IMG/VR virus record: IMGVR_UViG_3300009680_000012
Location: 438 to 64,437 of that record
DNA: 64,000 nucleotides
From: a virus
Taxonomy: Duplodnaviria; Caudoviricetes
Reading direction: 5' to 3' (one strand)
Numbering within the stretch: position 1 is the stretch's first letter; the number at the start of each line of letters is the position of its first letter. The position numbers were made by a program, and so were the translations under genes. A model generated the notes under the pieces. That model did no database searches and was not told the origin of the DNA. It was given only the letters and a program-made list of their open reading frames with translations. Shown in pieces: positions 8,199 to 16,416 of the stretch.

Positions 8199-8227
8199 TA
8201 CATTATGTGTTTTGTAGCTAAAGTGTT
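8199..8227 (-). promoter_or_regulatory. Sporulation sigK/sigE-like promoter of the FtsK/Replic_Relax operon
   Basis: Minus strand AACA-N16-CATAATGTA matches mACm-N16-CATANNNTA. Confidence 0.45.
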
Positions 8228-8255
8228 AATGTACCTTACAGGTATTTTAAGGAAA

Positions 8256-8281
8256 TAAAAAAGCCTGGATTTCTCCAGGCT
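8256..8281 (-). terminator. Intrinsic terminator
   Basis: AGCCTGGA-TTTC-TCCAGGCT with an A-run on the plus strand (U-tract on minus). Confidence 0.8.
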
Positions 8282-8294
8282 AAGTCTTATTAAA

Positions 8295-8438
8295 TTAACT
8301 GTGTAAAATTTGTACAGTACCATCTTTTTTAATATGCATTACAATTGTGCAGTTTGTACACAACCAACAATCTAAATTTTTATATCTACACTTGATCATA
8401 CCTTGTCCACAATAGTAACAAACAGGAGTATCAGACAT
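8295..8438 (-). CDS. Small zinc-ribbon protein
   Basis: CYYC...CTNC; AAAGGA RBS. Confidence 0.6.
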   Translation of the reverse strand: MSDTPVCYYCGQGMIKCRYKNLDCWLCTNCTIVMHIKKDGTVQILHS

Positions 8439-8835
8439 TATCAACCGTCCTTTCCTGAATGAGTTGAATAAAACCATGTATACTATAATTAGCTAAATCA
8501 AGCCACGTATCTGCAATAGTTTCATCAGGTACACTATTATCATTACCCTCCCAAACACAATTTTGAATCCTAGCTAGTTTATCTTTAGCTCGAACAAAAA
8601 CACCTTTTTGCCCTAACTCAGATATATTTCTGTAACCGTAAGAAGAATTTTTCTGTATCATCAATTCCTGTAAACCCTGTAAGATATAATCTAATAATTT
8701 CCCGAAGTGTTCGGGGTTGTTGGGATTTAGTTCCTTTATCTGAAGCATCAATTTCTCGGTTACTGTTTTCTGCGTTTGCGTCATTTTCACGTATTTCTCC
8801 AGAGGCATACAAGGTCCTATTGGGTTTTGATTCAT
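8431..8835 (-). CDS. DUF1599 / nucleotide-modification-associated domain (MazG-like fold)
   Basis: KNSSYG..GVFVRAKDKLARI..ETIADTWLDLANYS. Confidence 0.75.
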   Translation of the reverse strand: MNQNPIGPCMPLEKYVKMTQTQKTVTEKLMLQIKELNPNNPEHFGKLLDYILQGLQELMIQKNSSYGYRNISELGQKGVFVRAKDKLARIQNCVWEGNDNSVPDETIADTWLDLANYSIHGFIQLIQERTVDNV

Positions 8836-9172
8836 CTGTTTTTCCTCCTATATAGATTTGTATTTCTTTACGACCCCACTCCTTAGCCTTTTGGGGTTCC
8901 TCCATAAAAATGTCTATCCGAGGATTCTCCTGATATTTTCGGTTATACCGGGAATTCATGCGATCTTCTACAACACCCCACCCCCGAGAAGGTATATATA
9001 CCTCAGTACCTAAAGGGATGTGGTCACTAGCCGCTAGAGTTATATACTCCTGGGCTTCTTTACCGGAAGCAGTTATACGATTTCCCCCACACTCATAGGG
9101 AGTGTACGCTGTAACAGTAGCGGTAGTCCAGAATAAGAGCAGAAAAGATAACAGTAAATTAGCGTAACGCAA
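8618..9172 (-). CDS. 3D-domain (cell-wall lytic transglycosylase-like) protein
   Basis: TVTAY..ITASG..AAS..IPLGTEVYIP..VEDR..RIDIFM..WGR after a signal-like N-terminus. Confidence 0.85.
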   Translation of the reverse strand: MRYANLLLSFLLLFWTTATVTAYTPYECGGNRITASGKEAQEYITLAASDHIPLGTEVYIPSRGWGVVEDRMNSRYNRKYQENPRIDIFMEEPQKAKEWGRKEIQIYIGGKTDESKPNRTLYASGEIRENDANAENSNREIDASDKGTKSQQPRTLREIIRLYLTGFTGIDDTEKFFLRLQKYI

Positions 9173-9184
9173 AGAATTCCCCCT

Positions 9185-9820
9185 TTAGTCAAGTAAAATT
9201 TGTCCAAAAGTAACGGGTGCTAGCTCTGAAACAATGTGGTATATTTTAGTGAATAGCTCTCGGATTTCCCACTGTGCCCTTTTATCTAACCGTAGGCTGA
9301 AAGCATTAAGTAAAGACCGGGCATTCATGGTTAGAGTAAGGTTGGTAGTGGCAGCGTTAGGTAGTACGAATCTAGCTTCTCCGGCAGGTACCCCTAATCT
9401 ACGCAAATACTTGTATGTACGGAAACTATTGTTGTAGCTGTCTCTAATATGTTCTAACACAATTTCTTTGTTTTTATCAGGAATAGCGTCTGGTAGGTGT
9501 GGTTCGACAAAAGAAAGGTCTTTGTTTTCTTTACTATAATCGGTATAACGTTGTGACTCTACGGTATAGCTTGCAATACGATGGCGGGTAAGTTGTGCTA
9601 GACAAGCACGGCTTATCCCACGCACACTGAAAGTAAAAGAAAGATGTTCAATTACGCTGGTATGTCCGGAGGAAAGACAACGAATAATGGCTTTGTCATT
9701 TGGTTCGGTTTGATAGCAGTCAGCTATAGCGTAAGCAATTAAAGAATCAAAAGAGGTAAGGCCAGGTACAGCAGGAAACTCAGGGGATAAAATAGAGGCC
9801 GCTAAAAGTTTGACTTCCAT
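9185..9820 (-). CDS. thyX: FAD-dependent thymidylate synthase
   Basis: GHTSVIEH, ISRACLAQLTRHRIASYTVESQRY (RHRx7SxR), EARFVLP, AQWEIR. Confidence 0.97.
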   Translation of the reverse strand: MEVKLLAASILSPEFPAVPGLTSFDSLIAYAIADCYQTEPNDKAIIRCLSSGHTSVIEHLSFTFSVRGISRACLAQLTRHRIASYTVESQRYTDYSKENKDLSFVEPHLPDAIPDKNKEIVLEHIRDSYNNSFRTYKYLRRLGVPAGEARFVLPNAATTNLTLTMNARSLLNAFSLRLDKRAQWEIRELFTKIYHIVSELAPVTFGQILLD

Positions 9821-9852
9821 AGTGATCTTAGATACACTCCTTTCATTAAGTA

Positions 9853-9890
9853 TTACACTAAGTGTAACAGCTTGTACATGGAAATGTCAA
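9853..9890 (-). promoter_or_regulatory. sigA promoter of thyX with an overlapping palindromic operator
   Basis: Minus strand TTGACA-N18-TACACT with TG extension; palindrome TTACACT-A-AGTGTAA at 9853-9867. Confidence 0.6.
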
Positions 9891-9894
9891 CCAT

Positions 9895-10062
9895 TTAGAC
9901 TTCCATATAGTTTCTAATCCAAGCAGAAGATTTGTTATTGGGCTTTCTTCTTTTTCTACTATTATTCGACGATCTACTTTTTTTACCTGTAAGACTAACC
10001 ACTGTAACTGCTCGTAGTGGTGCTGGAGATATTTCTCGTAACCCTTCATACTTATTTGGCAT
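9895..10062 (-). CDS. Small basic protein (55 aa)
   Basis: AAGGAGGTG RBS; MPNKYEGLREISPAPLRAVTVVSLTGKKSRSSNNSRKRRKPNNKSSAWIRNYMEV. Confidence 0.55.
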   Translation of the reverse strand: MPNKYEGLREISPAPLRAVTVVSLTGKKSRSSNNSRKRRKPNNKSSAWIRNYMEV

Positions 10063-10141
10063 AAGCAACACCTCCTTATTTTGGTAAAGTATAACATGTA
10101 CAGGCAGTTTTTAAAAGTTTTGTAATGGTAATAAAAAGGTG

Positions 10142-10170
10142 TTGACATTCAGTGTAATGGTTGTTACAAT
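10142..10170 (+). promoter_or_regulatory. sigA promoter
   Basis: TTGACA-N17-TACAAT with extended -10 TG. Confidence 0.8.
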
Positions 10171-10210
10171 GGTTTTACCACATTTTTCACAACTAAGGAG
10201 GTGTCAGTTT

Positions 10211-10414
10211 ATGAGGTTTAAATGTAATTTAGCAGTTGTTTTGGCTAAACGTAAAATGCGTATGGTAGATTTAGTGGACGCAACCGGGGTAGCGTTTCAT
10301 ACTGTACGCAGATATTACCATGACGAAAATATTAAGATGATCGACATGGACGTTATGGCTAAGTTTTGCTCCGTATTGAACTGTCAAATTAGTGATCTAT
10401 TTATATTAGAATGA
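10211..10414 (+). CDS. Cro/CI-type (XRE) HTH regulator
   Basis: LAVVLAKRKM..VDL..ATGVAFHTVRRYY..MAKFCSVLNCQISDLF. Confidence 0.9.
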   Translation: MRFKCNLAVVLAKRKMRMVDLVDATGVAFHTVRRYYHDENIKMIDMDVMAKFCSVLNCQISDLFILE

Positions 10415-10424
10415 TCTTTCTTAA

Positions 10425-12653
10425 TTGCATAGGAGAGGGGGGTTTTGTTTGCCGGACTTTAAAGAGTTTCTGCATCATGCCTCAGAACTCCGTTTTCAAT
10501 CTAAATGTTCAATCATACCTTTACGCCACAAGGATAAAATACCAGCAATTTCTTGGGAACGATACCAGCAGAATCCACCAGGGTTAGGAGAAATAGAAAA
10601 CTGGTGGTCAGAAATTACCCAAAAAGAATGCTATAACATTGGGGTAGTTTGTGGGGAAGTCAGTGAAAGGTTGGTTGTAATAGACATAGACCCCCGGCAT
10701 GGGGGGTCTTCAGAAAAGATTGAAAAGGTTTTGGGGTTTAAGCTACCTGCAACAGTGCAAGTGTTAACAGGTGGCGAAGATAACGGGTTACACTACTATT
10801 ATAGAGACTACACAGGAGAATGTGACTTAAAAACTTTTAAACTTATGGATGGGGTAGAGGTACGAGGTAATGGTTCAATGGTCGTTGCTCCACCTAGTAT
10901 CCATCCTGTTACAAATAATGTATATGTTTGGAAGTATTCTCCTTATGATTACGAAATCACACAGTTGCCCAAACAAATAATGGAAATTTCCAAACAGAAG
11001 CAGCAAAGTAAGACAACTGTTGATAATGAAGAATTTGGTGATAAACCCACAGTTCTTGAAATACAAGCAGTAATTTCTGAAATTGACATTATGTTAGAAG
11101 GGGATGCTGGAGAAGAGTCAGGTCTTATTCAATCGTTTATTCATGGTAATTATTTTAGAAGTCGGATTGATGGTTGGGATCGCTCTGGTTGGTCCTATAA
11201 GTTAGCGCGGCTGTTAGTTGAGAATGGTGTGTTTAGCGTCAATGAAAAACGTAAAATAGCAATTGCGGTATATGGTGCAGCAGTACACCAGTCTAAGTTT
11301 AAAGACCGTCCTGATCGTTGGCAAGATTGTATTAACATAACCAAAGAAGCTATAGCAGGAGAAATGACATTAACATTTATCAACGGGCACAGCACAGAAG
11401 AAGAAATAACAGAACCAGAAATTAATACTCCTGTTTTCCCTGTAGAAGCATGTACGGGAATAATTGGTGATATTGCCAAGGGGTTAAGCAAATATTCGGA
11501 ATCTTCTTTATCTTATCTTTTCTTTTCAGCACTTACTGTTTTCAGCACACTGGTATGTGGTAACTATACATTGGATACCAGTCTTAGGGTTAAACCTACA
11601 ATGTACACTATTCTTTTGGGTGAGAGTGGTTTAAGCAGGAAGTCTGTGGCTATTAAGTCTGTCGTAGAATTTTTTGCTGATGCTTTAGGCGACACGTTCA
11701 TTGAGAGAGTGTTTAGTGGTTACTTCGGTAGCGGTGAAGGAATACTTCGAAAGTTGTCTACGTTAGGAGAAAAGAACCCCAAAGGTTTAGCACAGCTATT
11801 GTGGTATGTAGACGAGTTTGAAGAAGTAATGAGTCGTGGTAGTATGGAAGGTAGTGTGTTAGCTCCAGTATTACAGCAGTTGTATGAAGATACTAACTTT
11901 GAGTATTACTCATTAAGCAAGTCGTTGAGTGTTGGTAACGCCTACTTAAATATTATTAGTGCTTCTACGATAGATACCTTCAATTCTATGTGGTCAGGCA
12001 AAATGACCGAAGGCGGTCTGTTCAACCGAATGTGGTTAGTAGCTCCTGAAGATACTGAAAGAATGGCTATACCTGATTCGTTTGGTGATTCTCTGGATTA
12101 TTTGAAAGATGCTCTAAAAGAATTGGTATTACAAATTGATGCTGGCCCTTGTATTAGCTTTGGTGACAAGACGGTTAAAGTACCACATACGAAAACAATT
12201 GTTATGTCACCAGAAGCTAAAGAACTTTGGAGTTCGTTTTACTTACAGGATTTGCTAAACATGATACGTAGTGACCCTGAATGTGCTAGGCGTTTAGATG
12301 CTTATGGATTACGTTTAGCAATTTTATTATCGTTAAGCAAAGGGGAACTAGAAGAAATAAGTGCGGATACTATTCGTGAAGTGATTATGCTTTTACGTTA
12401 TGAATATTTGGTTAGAGTAGATTTAAAGCCACCTGACGCTAAAAATGATATAGCTAGAATTGAACAGATAATAATGAGAAAACTACAATCAAGTAAGGAA
12501 GTTAATCGCAGAGAATTATACCGCTTGGGTGTGTGCCAAAGGTACGGTACCGGTATGTTTGAGAAAGCTCTGGAGAATTTACATAAAACAGGATTTGTTA
12601 CTATTAAAAGGGCTAAGGGGGATCGCGTAAATGTTTTTGTAGAAAAGATATAA
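10425..12653 (+). CDS. Bifunctional primase-polymerase (Prim-Pol) fused to a DUF3987-like helicase domain
   Basis: YNIGVVCG..LVVIDIDPRHGG, TGG..GLHYYY, VEVRGNGSMVVAPPSIH; C-terminal LLGESGLSRKS and DEFEE motifs. Confidence 0.88.
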   Translation: MHRRGGFCLPDFKEFLHHASELRFQSKCSIIPLRHKDKIPAISWERYQQNPPGLGEIENWWSEITQKECYNIGVVCGEVSERLVVIDIDPRHGGSSEKIEKVLGFKLPATVQVLTGGEDNGLHYYYRDYTGECDLKTFKLMDGVEVRGNGSMVVAPPSIHPVTNNVYVWKYSPYDYEITQLPKQIMEISKQKQQSKTTVDNEEFGDKPTVLEIQAVISEIDIMLEGDAGEESGLIQSFIHGNYFRSRIDGWDRSGWSYKLARLLVENGVFSVNEKRKIAIAVYGAAVHQSKFKDRPDRWQDCINITKEAIAGEMTLTFINGHSTEEEITEPEINTPVFPVEACTGIIGDIAKGLSKYSESSLSYLFFSALTVFSTLVCGNYTLDTSLRVKPTMYTILLGESGLSRKSVAIKSVVEFFADALGDTFIERVFSGYFGSGEGILRKLSTLGEKNPKGLAQLLWYVDEFEEVMSRGSMEGSVLAPVLQQLYEDTNFEYYSLSKSLSVGNAYLNIISASTIDTFNSMWSGKMTEGGLFNRMWLVAPEDTERMAIPDSFGDSLDYLKDALKELVLQIDAGPCISFGDKTVKVPHTKTIVMSPEAKELWSSFYLQDLLNMIRSDPECARRLDAYGLRLAILLSLSKGELEEISADTIREVIMLLRYEYLVRVDLKPPDAKNDIARIEQIIMRKLQSSKEVNRRELYRLGVCQRYGTGMFEKALENLHKTGFVTIKRAKGDRVNVFVEKI

Positions 12654-12660
12654 GAAAAAC

Positions 12661-12689
12661 TTGACTAACCTGTAATTTTTAGTTATACT
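12661..12689 (+). promoter_or_regulatory. sigA promoter upstream of the structured leader and late operon
   Basis: TTGACT-N17-TATACT. Confidence 0.8.
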
Positions 12690-12696
12690 TATACTA

Positions 12697-12981
12697 GCTC
12701 TAGGTGTACCCTGGGATACACAACAACGCACTAGGGATGCGTGAGATTGAGGTACTGGACACCTCTTCACGTTTCTGTGGTGCGTTTTTATTTGCGCAAC
12801 CAATAAAGGTTGTATTTTTATACAATATGTTTATAGGCGGGCCTGCACTGGCAGGTCCCCGCGCGGTGACAAAGCCCTGCTCATTACGTGGAAACACGTA
12901 TGGGTGGGGCTTAATGATTACAGGCTCTTGTGGGGATGTACGGTTCTTAAATGCGTGGGGGTGGGACGCTGAACCGTTTTT
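12697..12981 (+). ncRNA. Candidate structured RNA (~285 nt; sRNA or attenuator leader)
   Basis: Starts just after the promoter; six or more stems, e.g. AAGCCCTGCTCAT-T-ACGTG-GAAA-CACGT-ATGGGTGGGGCTT with G.U pairs and a GNRA loop; ends in ACGGTTC..GAACCGT followed by a T-run. Confidence 0.55.
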
Positions 12982-12995
12982 AGGGGGAATACTTT

Positions 12996-13787
12996 GTGCG
13001 TTTCGGTGGGTTTACCAGTTATTCTAAGTTTAAAGAAAGTTGGCAAGGGTATAAAATTCTGCTACCTGTTGACTATAAAGCACTTAATATATACTTAGCC
13101 AATTATCCGGGTACTCCAAAAGAATTTGCTGAACGCCACATTCCTGAAGAGATTAGAGAAAGTACCTACAAAAAATTAATTAGCACTCCTTTATCATACT
13201 GGTGGAATGGCCGGACTAGACAAAGACCTAAAGTTAATATTGATTGGTATTATATACTAGCTCTAGCCCAGGCATTTGGTGTTGACCCTTGTTTGTTCTT
13301 TGATGAACTTAGTTACTATACAGAACTACGTGAAAAGAAAACCTACAAGTATTATTATGGTGCTAAATTCCACAAGATTCCTTTTACTGCGTGGCAACAA
13401 GGTTTATCTGTAGATGCACTAATCCCCCACTATTTTTATGCTAATAAAGAACCAGAAGAAAGAAGAAAATTATTTATTAAATATAATCTGGTTCCACATT
13501 TTTCTGGGACTAATCGTAAAACTACGACAGCAACCTATCGTATTAACGTGCTATTGGATGTGTCAGAGAAATTAGGTATTCCTACTAAGGATATGTTTAT
13601 TCAGGAAAGACGGGTTGAGCTTAGTTGTTTTGGGGCTATACATAATGCTTTGATGTTAATGTCCGAGAGTGATCTTAAATTATATTATGCTATCGCTGAA
13701 GTAATAGCGTCTAAGAAGTTTCATAATGACAATGATCTTAAAGAAGCCTTTTGTACTTTGGTAGACCATCGGCATAGGTGGGGGTAG
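12996..13787 (+). CDS. Protein with two degenerate XRE-like HTH repeats
   Basis: YYILALAQAFGVDPCLFF and INVLLDVSEKLGIPTKDMF both resemble XRE C-terminal helices. Confidence 0.5.
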   Translation: MRFGGFTSYSKFKESWQGYKILLPVDYKALNIYLANYPGTPKEFAERHIPEEIRESTYKKLISTPLSYWWNGRTRQRPKVNIDWYYILALAQAFGVDPCLFFDELSYYTELREKKTYKYYYGAKFHKIPFTAWQQGLSVDALIPHYFYANKEPEERRKLFIKYNLVPHFSGTNRKTTTATYRINVLLDVSEKLGIPTKDMFIQERRVELSCFGAIHNALMLMSESDLKLYYAIAEVIASKKFHNDNDLKEAFCTLVDHRHRWG

Positions 13788-13791
13788 ATAT

Positions 13792-14187
13792 ATGACTAAA
13801 AAGTTAGCTGTTAAACGAGAATTAAATGAAGAACTGATTGAATTAATCCAGAATATTGACGATAAGATTATTTCTTTATCTAAGAATAAAGGCAAGGTTA
13901 CTGACGATGACTTCAGGTGGGCGTTCAAGAACGCCCTTACTTTTGAGGAATACCTGCGCACATTTAAGGAACGGTTAGCTGCTAGTGCCACAGCCTACGC
14001 TCCGGCTGCCTTGGACGCTGTGGGTAGGAAAGCTGCCGCCGGGGATGTTAAAGCTGCTCAGGTTGTATTTAATATGTTGGGTGCTTTAGAGAAAGCCGGA
14101 GGTAGTGGTGCAATAAATATGACCCAGGTTAATGTAAACGTACCCACCTTACGGGATTTGGAAGAAGGTAAAGTTATAGATGCCTGA
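13792..14187 (+). CDS. Terminase small subunit (putative)
   Basis: Overlaps the terL start; ALGRKAAAGDVKAA-like helical motif; size and position fit. Confidence 0.7.
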   Translation: MTKKLAVKRELNEELIELIQNIDDKIISLSKNKGKVTDDDFRWAFKNALTFEEYLRTFKERLAASATAYAPAALDAVGRKAAAGDVKAAQVVFNMLGALEKAGGSGAINMTQVNVNVPTLRDLEEGKVIDA

Positions 14188-15898
14188 TTTTTTGGGGGCT
14201 AAGTTTGCAGAACAAGATTATAAAGAATATTTAAGGCTCTTGTGTGATGAGTATTTGTACAAGTTATACCCCAAAAGTATTGCTGAACAAGCCAAAGAAA
14301 TACCCTTGTGGGGTAAGGCAGGCTTACGCCGCCAGCTAGGGGAAAGAAGTGTGGAATTCTTTGCGCGGGCTTATCATCCAGAATATTTTGAATTCCCTGT
14401 TGGATGGTTCCATGAACGGGCGTATGCTGAAATAACTGGTTTGTTGCGAATGCCTCCTTCTCGTGCGAGAATGGCTCGGGCATGGCCTAGAGGGTATGCT
14501 AAGAGTACCATCTTTAACTTCTTTACCCCGGAGTATGCTTCTCTTAATGCACGTAGAGCTTTTACTTTAGAGTTATCTGATACTGAAACTCAAGCGTTAG
14601 GTTTCTTGAATGATATAAGAACCTCCTGCGAAGGTAATGATCATGTACTTACTGATTATGGGGACATCCGGGGGTCAATTTGGCGTAGTGATTTGCTTAC
14701 TATCGAGAACGCTCAAGGGCGTTCTATTATTATGGCCGCTGGAGCAGAGAGCAGTATTTTGGGTACCAGGAAAGCACAAAACAGACCTAGCTTAGTTATC
14801 TTGGATGACCTGGAAGATTTGCTATCAGTACAGACAGTGGAACGTATTAACAAACGCCACAACTGGTTAATGCGTACCTTGATGCCTATAGGCAACGCGC
14901 GCACAGATTTTATTTATGTAGGTACAATCCTATCATACGATTGTGTGTTCGATAGGATTTTGAATAGTCATGCCTGGGATGCCCAGAAATTTTCATCCAT
15001 TATTACTTGGAGTGAATCTCCTTTATGGACTGAATGGAAGAATATTTATACCAATTTAAGTAAGAGTAAAGAAGAGCGTGAGCAAGAATCCTTTGAATTT
15101 TACGAAGAGCATAAGGATGAATTGTTACACGGTACTGAGGTTTTGTGGCCTGAAGGTAAGCCTTACATAACTTTAATGCGAGAATTTACAGAGATTGGTG
15201 ATCTAGCATTTCAGGCAGAGTATCAGAACGAACCGATTAACCCGGCTGATTGTATCTTTGATAAGGAGTGGTTTAAATACTACGATGATGATACCTTTAA
15301 AACTGTCAATATTATAGACGTTGTGGGTGCAGTAGACCCCTCATTAGGTAAGACTAGGCTGAGTGACTTCACAGCAATTATCACAGTAGGTAGAGGTGAT
15401 GACGGTTATATTTATGTTCTTGATGCGGTAATAGAACGGATGCCCCCGGATAGAATTGTGGAAACGATACTGCAAAAAGCACAAGAATATAAGTATACCC
15501 GGTTTGGGGTTGAGGTTAATCTATTCCAGGAGTTGCTTCGCTTGCAGTTAATTAGAGAAGCACAACAGCGCAGAATTTTTCTACCAACCACAGAAGTTAA
15601 GCACAACAAAGATAAGGTGTTGAGAGTACAGACTTTAGTACCTTACATTAAAAACGGTTTCATTCGCTTTAGAAAAAATCAGCTAGAGCTTTTAAATCAG
15701 TTAGGTAACTTCCCTAAAGGTAGGTACGATGACGGCCCTGACTGTTTGGAAACTGCGGTCAGGCTTTTAGGTAGGGGAACAACGCACGGTTCGTTGGAAA
15801 CTGGAATAGACCCTACGGGCAGACGTTATCGTAGATTTACAGATGACGATGATGATTATGTACACACACGTTCTAAGTTCGATTGGATTAATTTCTAG
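14180..15898 (+). CDS. terL: Terminase large subunit
   Basis: PRGYAKST Walker A, ILDDLED Walker B, AVDPSLG..SDFTA and DDGPDCLE nuclease motifs. Confidence 0.95.
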   Translation: MPDFLGAKFAEQDYKEYLRLLCDEYLYKLYPKSIAEQAKEIPLWGKAGLRRQLGERSVEFFARAYHPEYFEFPVGWFHERAYAEITGLLRMPPSRARMARAWPRGYAKSTIFNFFTPEYASLNARRAFTLELSDTETQALGFLNDIRTSCEGNDHVLTDYGDIRGSIWRSDLLTIENAQGRSIIMAAGAESSILGTRKAQNRPSLVILDDLEDLLSVQTVERINKRHNWLMRTLMPIGNARTDFIYVGTILSYDCVFDRILNSHAWDAQKFSSIITWSESPLWTEWKNIYTNLSKSKEEREQESFEFYEEHKDELLHGTEVLWPEGKPYITLMREFTEIGDLAFQAEYQNEPINPADCIFDKEWFKYYDDDTFKTVNIIDVVGAVDPSLGKTRLSDFTAIITVGRGDDGYIYVLDAVIERMPPDRIVETILQKAQEYKYTRFGVEVNLFQELLRLQLIREAQQRRIFLPTTEVKHNKDKVLRVQTLVPYIKNGFIRFRKNQLELLNQLGNFPKGRYDDGPDCLETAVRLLGRGTTHGSLETGIDPTGRRYRRFTDDDDDYVHTRSKFDWINF

Positions 15899-15998
15899 GG
15901 GTGTTTAGCTGCCAGTAAAGATATGCAAGCCTGACATATTCGTAAAGACACATGAACCTGTAAAAAATTAACCCTTCGGGGAAAACTTAGGAGGTATT

Positions 15999-16385
15999 AT
16001 GAAAGAGTTAAAAAGCGGATTATTGACCAACAAGTATACTGAGGTGTATCACGAGGACCCCGAGCAAATGAAATATAACGCTCCGCATCATTTTCTTGTT
16101 ATTAGGTCTAAGAGATCACCCGAAACTCCCAGGGAGGACGCAATAAACTTGGTCGGCCAAGTCGATTTCCAGGAAGGACCTATTAAGGAATGCGGCGTTA
16201 ACGGTGTGGCCAATGAAGATTTAATCAATATGGTTATCTGTCGTCTTGAACACTTCCAGCGTTCAAAGTACGCCTGCCGGGAAAATGAACGTGCAATCAC
16301 CAAACTGGAAGAGGCGTTGATGTGGCTTAGAAAGCGCACCAATGAGCGCGAAGCGCGTGGTGTGGAGGGAACGCATACGGTTTAA
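15999..16385 (+). CDS. tad1: Tad1-family anti-Thoeris signalling-molecule sponge
   Basis: FQEGP..GVNGVANEDL..V..RLEHFQ....CREN..AITKLEEALMWL..RT..R..RGVEGT follows the Tad1 C-terminal signature; MKEL start and similar length (~125 aa). Confidence 0.85.
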   Translation: MKELKSGLLTNKYTEVYHEDPEQMKYNAPHHFLVIRSKRSPETPREDAINLVGQVDFQEGPIKECGVNGVANEDLINMVICRLEHFQRSKYACRENERAITKLEEALMWLRKRTNEREARGVEGTHTV

Positions 16386-16416
16386 ATTTTAGAGAAAGAA
16401 ATAGGGAGGTTTTATT

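Noticed and set aside
12940-12977. c-di-GMP-I riboswitch (GTGGGACGC resembles part of the motif)
   Set aside because: It lacks the GGCAAA and GCAAAGC elements and the P2 architecture
12704-13027. 107-aa ORF across the structured leader
   Set aside because: Starts with GTG ~8 nt after the predicted transcription start without an RBS, has atypical composition, and the region is better explained by RNA stems
15900-15998. Pistol, twister or hammerhead ribozyme upstream of tad1
   Set aside because: Short stems are present, but I could not place the conserved catalytic cores
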